Assembly (NCBI GenBank): GCA_963743915.1
Contig: CAVURN010000001.1
Span: 192,001 to 256,000 of the forward strand
Origin: an uncultured Actinomycetota bacterium
GTDB taxonomy: Bacteria; Actinomycetota; Actinomycetes; JAHEKZ01
Length of the DNA: 64,000 nucleotides
Direction: 5' to 3'
Shown here piece by piece: positions 28,662-40,904 of the stretch. Under the pieces are notes generated by a model, which was given only the letters and a program-made list of their open reading frames with translations, did no database searches and was not told the origin of the DNA. The first letter of the stretch is position 1; every line of letters starts with the position of its first letter. The translations under genes were made by a program, and so were the position numbers.

Positions 28662-29275
28662 TCAGCCGATCAGCTCGTCCACGATCGCGCAGAAGTCTGC
28701 GTCGAAGGTCTGCCAGTTGCCCGACGTCCTGACGAACTCCTCGGAGATGAACTCTCCACCGCCCGGTGCGCCGTCGCCGCCGGTGTCGAACACATACCGG
28801 AACACCAGGTTCCCGGTGCTGCGGTAGCGAACGGTGCCGGTGGAGTCACGAATCGTGTCCCACACGCCGCTCTCCTTGGTCTGATAGTCACGATCGGACC
28901 GTTGTCATCGACGATGGTCGCCGGCATCTCTCTGAAGTTCACGTGCCAGGCCGAGGTGAAGTAGTCACCCGTCTTCACATTGGTGAAAGTGCCCGAGTAC
29001 GCCGTCCTTTGGTGCACGCGGAAGAACTCACCGTTCGTCTGCTTGGTGCCCTGGCCGATCGTGTACCAGCCGACGAACCGCTCGTCGACGGCCACCGCGA
29101 AGCCGCAGTCTTCGAAGGTGAACGAGGCCTTGTCGTCGAACGTCCCCCGCTCGAGCATCGCGGCGCTCGCTGGTGAGGACAGGGAGACGGTCGAGATCAT
29201 GGCGACGAGAAGAGCCAGGGCCGTGCGCAGCATGCGACTGCGTGAGCGTTCGCGAGGTGGTGGATGGTGACTCAT
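28662..29275 (-). CDS. Secreted beta-rich hypothetical protein (one indel near 28887)
   Basis: Signal peptide ending ASA-A; ORF 28670-29275 continues into the 28662-28865 frame (YQTKESGVWDTIRD...DFCAIVDELIG) if one base is added. Confidence 0.65.
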
Positions 29276-29287
29276 GGGTACTCCTGA

Positions 29288-30046
29288 CTAGTTGGGTGGT
29301 GGACTGGTCTGCAGCGACTGCAGCAGCTCGTCACGACCTGCCTTGAGGACGGGGTCGTCCGGGGTTGATGACCGGCTCGCCACGACCAGCGGGGGCGAGT
29401 CGGTGAGGTAGATGACGTCCCAGAGGAAGGTCTTGTCAGCGGCCTTGACACTCAGGGTGCTGAGATCTCGGTCAGTGGCCGGCTTGGGCACCAGAGGAAC
29501 CTTTGACATGTCTGGCTTCAGGGAGAGTGTCAGCTCGGTGCCGGTCCACGCGAAGCCTGGTCCGTCGAGGCCGAACTGATCGCTGACCTCGAGGTCGGGG
29601 TGAGTCGTCGTCCAGACGACCAGGTCCTCGCGGAGCGGCCGCAGCTGGTAGCCCGGAGGCTCGAAGACCATGACTGGTTGTCCCACGAGGGTGATGGACC
29701 TGTCGGACCTGTCCAGCGGACGCAGCTCGACCGCGCGGTCGTCCCGTCTCACTTCCCATCCCTCGGGAACCGTGAGCGCGACCGGGACCGACAACTGGGC
29801 GCCGACAACCACAGCCGGTCCGGAGTCGAGGGGTGGTGCCGACTGCTCGCCGCCGAACAGGTCGTGGCTCGCAAGCCACCCCACGACGACGACGGCGACC
29901 ACTGCGACGACCAGGATCGTGGCACTCACGGCCCGGCCGCGTCGGCGTCCAGCCAGTGCGCGCTGCAGCGAGCGTTCGACATCGACCTCGGACGCGGCTG
30001 CGTGCAGGTCCTGGGCGGCGAGGAGACCAAGCGTATCGAGGGACAT
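29288..30046 (-). CDS. Single-TM protein, probable anti-sigma factor
   Basis: MSLDTLG... start overlaps the sigma stop (TGATG); short cytoplasmic N-terminus, RRRGR followed by a TM helix, then an extracytoplasmic domain. Confidence 0.65.
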   Translation of the reverse strand: MSLDTLGLLAAQDLHAAASEVDVERSLQRALAGRRRGRAVSATILVVAVVAVVVVGWLASHDLFGGEQSAPPLDSGPAVVVGAQLSVPVALTVPEGWEVRRDDRAVELRPLDRSDRSITLVGQPVMVFEPPGYQLRPLREDLVVWTTTHPDLEVSDQFGLDGPGFAWTGTELTLSLKPDMSKVPLVPKPATDRDLSTLSVKAADKTFLWDVIYLTDSPPLVVASRSSTPDDPVLKAGRDELLQSLQTSPPPN

Positions 30047-30597
30047 CAGTCGACCTCCTCCGTCTCGGCGGCGTCCAGGCCGAGGCGCACGGCAAGCGTG
30101 CGGCGTCCTCGGTGCAGGTGGGTCTTGGTGGTGCCGGGAGCCATCTCCAACGTCTCGGAGATCTCTCCGACCGTCATGGAGTAGCCGTAGAAGAGGGCGA
30201 CGACCTGCGCCTGGCGCCGAGGCAGTCGACGCACTTCGGACCAGAAGGTCTCGGTGCCGTCGTCCAGGGCCGGGACGCTCCCCTGTGGCGTCCCGACGCG
30301 CAGCAGTGCCCGGGTCTCGGCCATCCGGCGGCGGATCCACGAGACCGCGAGGTTGGCACACGCTCGACGGACGTAGCCGGAGGGGTTGTCCACCGTCTCA
30401 CCGCGCTCCCACCGTCGGTGGATGCTGAGCAGGGCCTCCTGCGCGATGTCCTCGGCGGTCTCGCGGGAGCCGGTGAGCCCCCAAGCGATGGTGACGAGAC
30501 CGTGGAACTCGTTGCGGTAGAGCGTGGCGAAGGAGACGACGTCGGGAAGCCGCGCCGGTGCCCCGTCCGCCGAGGAGGCCTCCTCCGGGCTGTCCAT
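30046..30597 (-). CDS. ECF RNA polymerase sigma factor (actinobacterial SigE-like)
   Basis: Region 2 AEDIAQEAL...YVRRACAN and region 4 LPRRQAQVVALFY...GTTKTHLHRGRRTL; SD GGAGG before ATG 30597. Confidence 0.92.
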   Translation of the reverse strand: MDSPEEASSADGAPARLPDVVSFATLYRNEFHGLVTIAWGLTGSRETAEDIAQEALLSIHRRWERGETVDNPSGYVRRACANLAVSWIRRRMAETRALLRVGTPQGSVPALDDGTETFWSEVRRLPRRQAQVVALFYGYSMTVGEISETLEMAPGTTKTHLHRGRRTLAVRLGLDAAETEEVD

Positions 30598-30699
30598 CCG
30601 GCGCCCCTCCGTCTGCGTCACATCATCATGTCGCGTGAACCCCCCTCATGGGTTGACACCGATGTCGCACTTTCTTGCCAAGGGCCCCCGGCCAGACCG

Positions 30700-31596
30700 C
30701 TATCGGCACACGGTGCGGTGCAGTCCCGCAACCTCCACCGAGACCACCCGGCTCGGGTCGTCGCCCTCGCTCACCACCAGGATCAGCGAGTCATCGGTCG
30801 TGGCCGGTGGGCAGGGGTCGACCGGCTGCAGCTGGACGGATGCACTTGCGCCCGCCGGGATGCGGGCGATGCAGGTGGCGTCGCACACCGGTTGTGGCAC
30901 GACGACGGCGATCCCGGACGCGGAACCCACGGCATGGACTGTCAGGGTTCGGTCACCCTTCCACGACAACCGAGAATCGCCGTCGTCGGTCAGGACCCCG
31001 GACAGGCCGTCCAGACGTCCGGCGTCGGACCGGGCGCCGTCGCAGAGCGCCCGCGCCGTGTGCTGGGGCTCGTCGAGACGCGGGTAGCTGCGCGCCGCGG
31101 CGAGGAAGTCCGCCGGTGAGGGCCACTGGGCCGGCAGGACGTCCGGGCAAGCGGTGAGCCGGTAGCGACCGCGAACCGTGATGGCGCCCTCGGACGTCAG
31201 CGTGACCGGCTCGGTCAACGGTGCCGTGCGACCGTCCGGGGCGACCACGGCGGTGGCGAGCAGCTCGAGTCCGAGCGGTGTGGCGGTCGGAGGCGCCACC
31301 TGCACGGTCCCGCCCTCGACCAGGCGGGACGTCTCGAGCACCTCGACGACCGCCCCGTCGACGGTGACCTCCCGCTCGCTCTCGACGAGCAGGCCAGGGG
31401 ACACGGGCGGCGTCGGGGACACCGACGAGGCAGCGGGATCCGGCGCGTCGGAGGCTGTGTCCGTACGGGTCATCCACCAGGCGGTGCCGCCCACGACCAG
31501 AAGGACCGCGGCGGCACCGAGCACCGGCAGCAGCGTGCCGCGTCGCGGTGACCGCGCCGGGGGAGCGCGGTGGCGACCTCCGGCAGCGTGGGACAC
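30700..31596 (-). CDS. Membrane-anchored hypothetical protein with Cys-containing extracellular domain
   Basis: RHRA basic motif, one TM helix ([20 protein letters not shown]), Pro/Ser linker, six Cys; CACACT 6 nt before the GTG. Confidence 0.6.
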   Translation of the reverse strand: MSHAAGGRHRAPPARSPRRGTLLPVLGAAAVLLVVGGTAWWMTRTDTASDAPDPAASSVSPTPPVSPGLLVESEREVTVDGAVVEVLETSRLVEGGTVQVAPPTATPLGLELLATAVVAPDGRTAPLTEPVTLTSEGAITVRGRYRLTACPDVLPAQWPSPADFLAAARSYPRLDEPQHTARALCDGARSDAGRLDGLSGVLTDDGDSRLSWKGDRTLTVHAVGSASGIAVVVPQPVCDATCIARIPAGASASVQLQPVDPCPPATTDDSLILVVSEGDDPSRVVSVEVAGLHRTVCR

Positions 31597-31677
31597 CCCC
31601 ACAGTGTGCCGTCGAGCGGCCGACGCCGGGCGTCCAGGTGCGCACGACGAAGTGGTGAGGTGGGGCAGACTGCCCCC

Positions 31678-32610
31678 ATGCGACTCGTGGTGGCCCTCGG
31701 CGGAAATGCACTCCTCAAGCGTGGCGAACCCATGACGGTCGAGAACCAGCGGACGAACGTGAAGGTGGCTGCGGAGGCGCTCGCGCCCGTGGCGATGGAG
31801 CACGAGCTCGTCGTCACGCACGGCAACGGTCCGCAGGTCGGTCTCCTGGCGCTGCAGGGTGCGGCCTACCATCCGGACGAGGCGTTTCCGCTCGACGTGC
31901 TCGGTGCGGAGACGGAGGGCCTGATCGGCTACCTGATCGAGCAGGAGCTCGGGAACCTGCTGCCGTTCGAGAAGCCGCTCGCCACGCTGCTGACCATGGT
32001 CGAGGTCGAGGCCAGTGACCCGGCCTTCTCGAACCCCACCAAGTTCGTGGGACCCGTCTACGAGAAGCAGGACGCCGACGCGCTCGCGGTGGCCAAGGGC
32101 TGGCACTTCAAGCAGGACGGACAGGTGTGGCGTCGCGTCGTGCCGTCGCCGCGTCCGAAGCAGATCTTCGAGCTCCGGCCCTTGCGCTGGTTGCTGGACC
32201 AGGGCGCGGTGGTCATCGCAGCAGGTGGCGGTGGCATCCCCACGATGTACCTGCCGGGGACGCGGACGCTCGTCGGCGTCGAGGCCGTCATCGACAAGGA
32301 CCTGGCGAGCGCCTTGATGGCACAGCTGATCGACGCCGACGAGTTCGTCGTGGCCACCGACGCCGACGCCGTCTACCTCGACTGGGGCAGCGAGCAGCAG
32401 AGGGCGATCGCGAGGGTGTCACCCGACCAGCTGGCCACGATGAAGTTCCCGGACGGTTCGATGGGTCCCAAGGTGGAGGCCGCCAGCGACTTCGTCCTGA
32501 CGACCAAGCGGCGGGCCCGGATCGGTGACCTGACCGAGCTGCCTGCCGTGCTGGCCGGTGCGGCCGGCACGCAGATCGTCTTCGGCGAAGGCATCCTGGA
32601 GTACCGCTGA
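31678..32610 (+). CDS. arcC: Carbamate kinase
   Basis: [51 protein letters not shown]. Confidence 0.95.
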   Translation: MRLVVALGGNALLKRGEPMTVENQRTNVKVAAEALAPVAMEHELVVTHGNGPQVGLLALQGAAYHPDEAFPLDVLGAETEGLIGYLIEQELGNLLPFEKPLATLLTMVEVEASDPAFSNPTKFVGPVYEKQDADALAVAKGWHFKQDGQVWRRVVPSPRPKQIFELRPLRWLLDQGAVVIAAGGGGIPTMYLPGTRTLVGVEAVIDKDLASALMAQLIDADEFVVATDADAVYLDWGSEQQRAIARVSPDQLATMKFPDGSMGPKVEAASDFVLTTKRRARIGDLTELPAVLAGAAGTQIVFGEGILEYR

Positions 32611-32672
32611 GGTCGGCGTTGGCGGGAAACCCGATGGCGTCCACGGCCATCGGTGCGTGAGACTGTCCCCTC

Positions 32673-34307
32673 GTGGGACACGTCGACGTCAACGGGGTCA
32701 GCTTCGTCCTGCCCGACGGCCGCACCCTGTTCGACGACGTGTCGTTCCGGGTCGGGGACGGGGCCGTGGTGGCGCTCGTCGGCGCGAACGGTGCGGGCAA
32801 GACCACGCTCATGCGCATCATCGCCGGGGACATCGATCCCCTCGAGGGTTCGGTGTCGCGGAGCGGCGGACTGGGTGTCATGCGCCAGTTCGTGGGCAGT
32901 GTGCGCGACGACTCCACGGTGCGCGACCTCTTGGTGTCGGTGGCACCACCACGCATCCGCGACGCGGCACGCGAGATGGACGCAGCCGAGCTGGCGATGA
33001 TGGAGCGGGACGACGAGAAGACCCAGATGCGCTATGCCCAGGCGATCGCCGACTGGGGAGACGCACACGGCTACGACGCCGAGGTGGTGTGGGACGCCTG
33101 CACCATGGAGGCGCTCGGCGTGCCCTACGAGCGTGCCCAGTACCGCGAGGTGCGGACGCTCTCGGGCGGCGAGCAGAAGCGCCTGGTGCTCGAGGCTCTG
33201 CTCCGTGGACCGGACGAGGTGCTGCTGCTCGACGAGCCGGACAACTACCTGGATGTGCCGGGCAAGCAGTGGCTGGAGCGTCAGCTCGCCGACACCCAGA
33301 AGACGGTGCTGCTCATCTCCCACGACCGCGAGCTGCTCGCCCAGGCGGCCAACCGCATCGTGACCGTCGAGGGTGGATCGTCGTGGGTGCACGGCGGCGG
33401 GTTCGCGACGTACCACGATGCGCGGCGTGATCGGCACGAGCGGCTCGACGAGCTGCGGCGGCGATGGGACGAGAAGCACGAGCAGCTCAAGGAGCTCGTG
33501 CGCAACCTGCGCGTGAAGGCTGAGTACAACGACGGCATGGCGAGTCGGTACCAGGCCGCCTGCACGCGCCTGGCCAAGTTCGAGGAGGCCGGTCCGCCGG
33601 AGGAGCGCCCACGCGAGCAGAACGTCCGCATGCGGCTGAAGGGTGGACGGACCGGCGTCCGCGCGGTCACGTGCCAGGACCTCGAGCTCACCGGGCTGAT
33701 GCGGCCGTTCGACCTCGAGGTGTTCTACGGCGAGCGGGTCGCCGTGCTGGGCAGCAACGGCTCGGGCAAGTCGCACTTCCTGCGCCTGCTGGCGTCCTGG
33801 GACCCCCGGACGGGCACGGAGCAGGCGACGGTGGCCCACGCGGGCGGGTGGAAGCTCGGTGCGCGAGTGGTCCCGGGCCACTTTGCGCAGACGCACGACC
33901 ACCCCGAGTTCGTCGGGCGGACGCTGATCGAGCTGCTCTGGGAGCAGCACTCGCTGCAGCTGGGTGCCGCGAAGTCGGCGCTGCGTCGCTATGAGCTCGA
34001 CCGACAGGGCGAGCAGCGGTTCGAGACGCTCTCGGGTGGCCAGCAGGCACGCTTCCAGATCCTGCTGCTCGAGCTGTCCGGCGTCACCCTGCTGCTGCTC
34101 GACGAACCGACCGACAACCTCGACCTCGCCAGCGCGGAGGCGCTGGAGGACGGGCTCGAGTCGTTCGACGGCACCGTCATGTGCGTGACCCACGACCGCT
34201 GGTTCGCCCGCTCGTTCGACCGGTTCCTCATCTTCGGGTCGGACGGCCAGGTATACGAGACGTCTGAGCCGGTGTGGGACGAGGCGCGCGTGCAGCGCGC
34301 CCGCTGA
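32673..34307 (+). CDS. ABC-F family ATPase (ribosome-associated)
   Basis: Two NBDs (GANGAGKT/LSGGE/DEPDN and GSNGSGKS/LSGGQ/DEPTD), helical linker, no TM segments. Confidence 0.92.
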   Translation: MGHVDVNGVSFVLPDGRTLFDDVSFRVGDGAVVALVGANGAGKTTLMRIIAGDIDPLEGSVSRSGGLGVMRQFVGSVRDDSTVRDLLVSVAPPRIRDAAREMDAAELAMMERDDEKTQMRYAQAIADWGDAHGYDAEVVWDACTMEALGVPYERAQYREVRTLSGGEQKRLVLEALLRGPDEVLLLDEPDNYLDVPGKQWLERQLADTQKTVLLISHDRELLAQAANRIVTVEGGSSWVHGGGFATYHDARRDRHERLDELRRRWDEKHEQLKELVRNLRVKAEYNDGMASRYQAACTRLAKFEEAGPPEERPREQNVRMRLKGGRTGVRAVTCQDLELTGLMRPFDLEVFYGERVAVLGSNGSGKSHFLRLLASWDPRTGTEQATVAHAGGWKLGARVVPGHFAQTHDHPEFVGRTLIELLWEQHSLQLGAAKSALRRYELDRQGEQRFETLSGGQQARFQILLLELSGVTLLLLDEPTDNLDLASAEALEDGLESFDGTVMCVTHDRWFARSFDRFLIFGSDGQVYETSEPVWDEARVQRAR

Positions 34308-35472
34308 CCCGAGCCACGGCCGCCGCGAGGGTCGTGCTGGCCGTGCCCGCGGCGAAGGTCCAGGTGGGGCTCGCGTCCGCGAGGACGCCACCCACGGCGA
34401 CGCCGGCGCCGATCCCGAGCAGCAGGAAGGTCGTGGTCCAGGCGAAGGCGTCGGTGCGCCGGCCCGGGGCGGCCCGGCTCGCGACCACCCCGTAGCCCGC
34501 AGCCAACGACGGCGCCAGGGCCAGGCCGGACAGGAACAGGGTCAACCCCAGCCAGGGCAGGCCGAAGCTCCAACCGACGACGATGGTCGCGGTACCTGCG
34601 GCGACGCCCCCCATGAGCCAGGGCCAGCGGTCGCTCGGGCCGCGACGCCAACGGTGGCGCGCGGCCACGAGCCCGCCCACCAGGGAGCCGAGGCTCCACA
34701 GCGCCAGGAGCCACCCGCTGGCGGCTCGACTCTGCTCGAGGATGGCGACGGCGGGGACGCCCACTTCGACCAGGCCGAGCCCGAACGCCATCACGGCCAG
34801 CGCCGAGTAGGGACCAGCCAGGTCCAGCAGCGAGCGTGCCAGCGGCACCCGCGTCGACGGCGCCGGGTGCGGCCGCCAGTGAGGGCGCACGATCCCTGCG
34901 AAGGTGATGCCGCCGACCATGCCCAGGACCGCGGCGGCGGTGAGGGCCGCACTCGGTCCGGACACCGCCACCAGGAGGCCCACCAACGCGGGCCCGGCGA
35001 TGAAGATGAGCTCCTGCCACGTGGCGTCGTGGGTGTACAGCGCATCCAGATGGTGCTCGTCGACCGCCAGCTGCGGCCACAGCGTGCGCGAGATGGGAGA
35101 GGTGGGGGCCGCGAGGAGGCCACCGGTCGCGGCGAGGGCGATGAAGACGCCCTCGGTGGACCAGCCGCCCAGGGCGAGGACGAGGACGACGATCCCCTGC
35201 GAGAGGGCGGTGAGCGCCTCGATCCGGTGGGCGCGACCGCGCCCGGCCAGCCCGCCCCAGAGCGGTTGGCTCACCGCCGAGCCGACTGCCCAGGCCCCGC
35301 CGGCGAGTCCGGCGGTCGCGATCGATCCTGTGCCCTCCTGCGCCAGCAGCACCACAGAGAGAGGGGCCAGGCCCTGCGGCATCCGCGCGACGATGGACGC
35401 GACCAGCACCACCACGCTGGTGCGGCGGCCGTCGGCCGCGCCGACACCGGCGTCTGGCTCGACAGGGGTCAC
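34228..35472 (-). CDS. MFS transporter
   Basis: About 12 hydrophobic helices; ELIFIAGPALVG motif; leaderless-type TAGGGT upstream. Confidence 0.85.
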   Translation of the reverse strand: MTPVEPDAGVGAADGRRTSVVVLVASIVARMPQGLAPLSVVLLAQEGTGSIATAGLAGGAWAVGSAVSQPLWGGLAGRGRAHRIEALTALSQGIVVLVLALGGWSTEGVFIALAATGGLLAAPTSPISRTLWPQLAVDEHHLDALYTHDATWQELIFIAGPALVGLLVAVSGPSAALTAAAVLGMVGGITFAGIVRPHWRPHPAPSTRVPLARSLLDLAGPYSALAVMAFGLGLVEVGVPAVAILEQSRAASGWLLALWSLGSLVGGLVAARHRWRRGPSDRWPWLMGGVAAGTATIVVGWSFGLPWLGLTLFLSGLALAPSLAAGYGVVASRAAPGRRTDAFAWTTTFLLLGIGAGVAVGGVLADASPTWTFAAGTASTTLAAAVARVSGRAARAPRPTPAQTSRIPGRPTRR

Positions 35473-35516
35473 TCCGCCACCCTATGGAGCGTGTCCGAGG
35501 GCGTTGGACCCCGGTT

Positions 35517-35546
35517 TTGACCCGTCACGGCCCACCCGGGTAATCT
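35517..35546 (+). promoter_or_regulatory. Housekeeping promoter of rplM-rpsI
   Basis: TTGACC-N18-TAATCT, same CC(C/G)GTTTTGACC context as the str promoter. Confidence 0.75.
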
Positions 35547-35620
35547 GGACGGCTGTTGCGCCTGCTTTTCGTGAACGTGGGCGCCCCCGCAATCTCGTAT
35601 GAGACCAGAGAAGGTTTGCC

Positions 35621-36064
35621 GTGCGCACGTACAGCCCCAAGCCAGGCGACGTCCAGCGTCAGTGGTACGTCATCGACGCTGAGGACGTCGTCCTCGGACG
35701 CCTCGCCGCGCAGGTGGCGCAGTTGCTGCGCGGCAAGCACAAGGCCGTCTTCGCGCCACACGTGGACACCGGTGACTTCGTCGTCGTCATCAACGCCGAC
35801 AAGATCGCCCTGACCGGCGCCAAGCGTGAGCAGAAGCTCGCCTACCACCACTCCGGCTACCCCGGCGGTCTCCGCGCCACCGGCTACGACGAGCTGCTCG
35901 CGAAGAACCCGCGGCGCGCGGTCGAGAAGGCGGTCTGGGGCATGCTCCCGAAGAACCGCATCGCCCGGCAGCAGCTGAAGAAGCTCAAGGTCTACGCCGG
36001 CCCGGAGCACCCGCACTCGGCGCAGCAGCCGGTGCCGTTCGAGATCACCCAGGTCGCGCAGTAG
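35621..36064 (+). CDS. rplM: 50S ribosomal protein L13
   Basis: [36 protein letters not shown]. Confidence 0.99.
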   Translation: MRTYSPKPGDVQRQWYVIDAEDVVLGRLAAQVAQLLRGKHKAVFAPHVDTGDFVVVINADKIALTGAKREQKLAYHHSGYPGGLRATGYDELLAKNPRRAVEKAVWGMLPKNRIARQQLKKLKVYAGPEHPHSAQQPVPFEITQVAQ

Positions 36065-36096
36065 CGCCCGGGCCAGCAGAAGGTATCGAGAGGACC

Positions 36097-36606
36097 ATGT
36101 CCGACGTGACCGTCACCGAAGAGACCGCCCCCGAGGCGATCGCCGAGTCCGAGGCCGCCGCAACCGGCGACTTCAGCACCGAGTCGACCGTTGCGGTCAC
36201 CCCGCGCGAGATCTCGGACGACCCCGGCGCCGCCACCGGCCGGCGCAAGGAGGCGATCGCGCGTGTGCGCATCGCCCCAGGCACCGGCAAGTGGACGGTC
36301 AACGGCAAAGAGCTCGACGAGGTCTTTCCGAACAAGGTCCACCAGCAGGTCGTCAATGACCCGTTCCGGGTGCTGCAGATCGAAGGCCGCTACGACGTCA
36401 TCGCCCGCGTGCACGGTGGCGGTGTGTCCGGCCAAGCCGGTGCCATCCGCCTCGGCATCGCCCGCGCGCTGAGCGACATCGACACCGAGGGCAACCGCCC
36501 GCCGCTGAAGAAGGCCGGCTACCTCACCCGTGATCCGAGGGCCAAGGAGCGCCGCAAGGCAGGTCTGAAGAAGGCGCGCAAAGCTCCGCAGTACTCCAAG
36601 CGCTGA
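36097..36606 (+). CDS. rpsI: 30S ribosomal protein S9
   Basis: [26 protein letters not shown]. Confidence 0.99.
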   Translation: MSDVTVTEETAPEAIAESEAAATGDFSTESTVAVTPREISDDPGAATGRRKEAIARVRIAPGTGKWTVNGKELDEVFPNKVHQQVVNDPFRVLQIEGRYDVIARVHGGGVSGQAGAIRLGIARALSDIDTEGNRPPLKKAGYLTRDPRAKERRKAGLKKARKAPQYSKR

Positions 36607-36678
36607 CGCGTCTTCGCCCCCAGCTCTCCGCCTGGCCGTCGATCGGTCGCCGAACGCGGGGGTGCACGAGGAGGTCCC

Positions 36679-38022
36679 TTGGCCAGGCTGTTCGGAACCG
36701 ATGGTGTGCGTGGGGTCGCCAACCGCGACCTCACCGCGGAGCTGGCGCTTGATCTCAGCGTGGCTGCTGCGCACGTCCTCGCTGAGACAGGCGCCTTCGC
36801 AGGACACCGGCCGGTGGCCGTCGTCGGTCGTGACCCGCGTGCATCTGGTGAGTTCCTCGAGGCCGCAGTCGTGGCCGGGCTCGCGAGTGCGGGGGTCGAC
36901 GTCCGCCGGGTGGGAGTGCTGCCGACGCCGGCCGTCGCGCACCTGACGGCGGCCCGCCAGGCGGACCTCGGTGTGATGCTCTCCGCATCACACAATGCGA
37001 TGCCGGACAACGGCATCAAGTTCTTCGCCCGCGGCGGACACAAGCTCGCCGACGGCATCGAGGACGCAGTCGAGTCCCGGCTCGGCGAGCCATGGGACCG
37101 TCCGACGGGAGCAGCAGTCGGGCGCGTCATCGCCGACACCGCGGGAGCCGACGACTACGTGGCCCACCTCTTGTCGACGCTGGGTGAGCAGCGCCTGACA
37201 CCCGTGCGCGTCGTCGTCGACTGCGCAAACGGGGCGGCCGCCGCTGTCGCGGCGGATGCCTTCAGTCGCGCGGGGGCTGAGGTCACCACCATCCATGACG
37301 AACCTGACGGCCTGAACATCAACGACGGCTGTGGATCGACCCACATGCAGTCGCTGCAGGAGGCCGTCGTCGAGCACGGGGCTGACCTCGGGTTTGCACT
37401 CGACGGTGATGCCGACCGCTGCCTTGCCGTCGACGCCGAGGGCGCCGTCGTCGACGGCGACCAGATCCTGGCCATCCTGACGGTCGCCATGCGCGATGCG
37501 GGTCGGCTGGCCCACAACAGCGTCGTCTCGACGGTGATGGCGAACCTCGGCTTTCGCCAGGCGATGCAGCGCGCGGGGATCGCGGTCGTCGCCACGGCCG
37601 TGGGGGACCGGTACGTGCTGGAGGCCATGCGATCCTTCGGCTACACCCTCGGGGGCGAGCAGTCGGGACACCTGATCATGTCCGAGCACGCGACGACCGG
37701 CGACGGACTGCTCACCGCGCTCCACACCACCGCGGAGGTGGTGCGATCGGGCCAGCCGCTGGCCAAGCTCGCCTCGGTGATGCAGCGATTCCCTCAGGTT
37801 CTCGTGAACGTGTCCGGTGTCGACAAGCTTCGCGTGGACGCACCCGCCATCGCCGCGGCCGTGGCCGAAGAGGAGCACGAGCTCGGGGAGCAGGGCCGCG
37901 TGCTCCTGCGTCCCAGTGGCACCGAGCCCCTCGTCCGCGTGATGGTCGAGGCCGATACGGCCGAGCGCGCTCAGCTCGTGGCCGACCGCCTGGCCGCTGT
38001 CGTGCGGAAGACCATCGGCTGA
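36679..38022 (+). CDS. glmM: Phosphoglucosamine mutase
   Basis: [34 protein letters not shown]. Confidence 0.98.
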   Translation: MARLFGTDGVRGVANRDLTAELALDLSVAAAHVLAETGAFAGHRPVAVVGRDPRASGEFLEAAVVAGLASAGVDVRRVGVLPTPAVAHLTAARQADLGVMLSASHNAMPDNGIKFFARGGHKLADGIEDAVESRLGEPWDRPTGAAVGRVIADTAGADDYVAHLLSTLGEQRLTPVRVVVDCANGAAAAVAADAFSRAGAEVTTIHDEPDGLNINDGCGSTHMQSLQEAVVEHGADLGFALDGDADRCLAVDAEGAVVDGDQILAILTVAMRDAGRLAHNSVVSTVMANLGFRQAMQRAGIAVVATAVGDRYVLEAMRSFGYTLGGEQSGHLIMSEHATTGDGLLTALHTTAEVVRSGQPLAKLASVMQRFPQVLVNVSGVDKLRVDAPAIAAAVAEEEHELGEQGRVLLRPSGTEPLVRVMVEADTAERAQLVADRLAAVVRKTIG

Positions 38023-38079
38023 GCCGGCGCGGCGCCGGACAGGCGCTGGCGGGATCTGGCAGAACGTAGGGTGTAGCCC

Positions 38080-39915
<1,836 letters not shown>

Positions 39916-39919
<4 letters not shown>

Positions 39920-40417
39920 CCACCTCCGATCTCACCGGCGACCGGGTGGCGACTGCTCCCGATCCGGCCCGAGGACGTCGGCGTCCTGCGCGAGATCCGG
40001 GCCTCCTCGTCGGTCCACCGCTGGTGGGGGGCGCCCGAGACGCCCGACTGGCCGTTCGATGACGACACCACCCAGGTCCGTTCCGTCTGGCACGACGACC
40101 GGGTCGTCGGGTTCGTGCAGTGGTACGAGAACGCCGACCCCCGGTACCGGCATGCCGGCATCGACCTGTTCCTCGCGGGCGAGGCCCAAGGCCGCGGCCT
40201 TGGACGCGAGACGGTGACCGTGGTCGTCGACCACCTCGTCCGCGACCGCGGGCACCACCGCATCGTCATCGATCCTGCAGCCGCGAACGAGCGTGCCATC
40301 GCCTGCTACGCCGCCTGCGGGTTCCGTGCCGTGGGCACCATGCGCCGCTACGAACGCGACGTCGACGGTGACGGCTGGCACGACGGCCTTCTGATGGAGC
40401 TCGTCGTCGACTCGTGA
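39916..40417 (+). CDS. GNAT N-acetyltransferase, AAC(6')-like (+1 indel at about 39948)
   Basis: GTG overlaps the glmS stop; corrected frame [21 protein letters not shown]...RWWG...QWYE...QGRGLG...[19 protein letters not shown]. Confidence 0.8.
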
Positions 40418-40432
40418 CACGACACCCATCCA

Positions 40433-40508
40433 CCGGTGATCGGAGCGTTTCAGTCACATGTCGGCGTCCTGTGGGGTCAGAAAATGACTGAGACGCTCCG
40501 ATCACCGG
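40433..40508. repeat. 24-bp-arm inverted repeat (REP-like element)
   Basis: CCGGTGATCGGAGCGTTTCAGTCA-N28-TGACTGAGACGCTCCGATCACCGG, one G-T pair. Confidence 0.85.
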
Positions 40509-40545
40509 CAGTACGGGGGGAGCGGGACGGTGGGAGACTGTCGGA

Positions 40546-40896
40546 GTGATCGTGGGGATTGGCATCGACGTGGTCGACATCGACCGGTTCGGCCAGGTGC
40601 TCGAGCGCAGTCCCGGGCTGCGTGAACGTCTGTTCACTCCGGCCGAACGATCGTTGCCGCTCGCGTCACTGGCCGCACGGTTCGCCGCCAAGGAGGCGCT
40701 CGCCAAGGCGCTCGGGGCGCCTGCGGGTCTGCACTGGCACGACTGTGAGGTCGTCAAGGACGCGGAGGGCCGACCGGTCTTCGCGTTGCAGGGAACCGTC
40801 GCCGACCGGGCCGCACAGCAGAGCGCCGGCACCCTGCACCTGTCGCTGAGCCATGACGCCGGCATCGCGTCGGCCATGGTCGTGGCCGAGAGCTGA
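40546..40896 (+). CDS. acpS: Holo-ACP synthase
   Basis: [36 protein letters not shown]. Confidence 0.96.
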   Translation: MIVGIGIDVVDIDRFGQVLERSPGLRERLFTPAERSLPLASLAARFAAKEALAKALGAPAGLHWHDCEVVKDAEGRPVFALQGTVADRAAQQSAGTLHLSLSHDAGIASAMVVAES

Positions 40897-40904
40897 GGGG
40901 CGTC

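Noticed and set aside
28620-35500. Genomic island or mobile element between truA and rplM
   Set aside because: Accessory genes are present, but I saw no integrase, transposase, flanking direct repeats or clear compositional shift
38023-38079. glmS ribozyme
   Set aside because: Only 57 nt of intergenic space, and a -10 box 7 nt before the ATG points to a leaderless transcript
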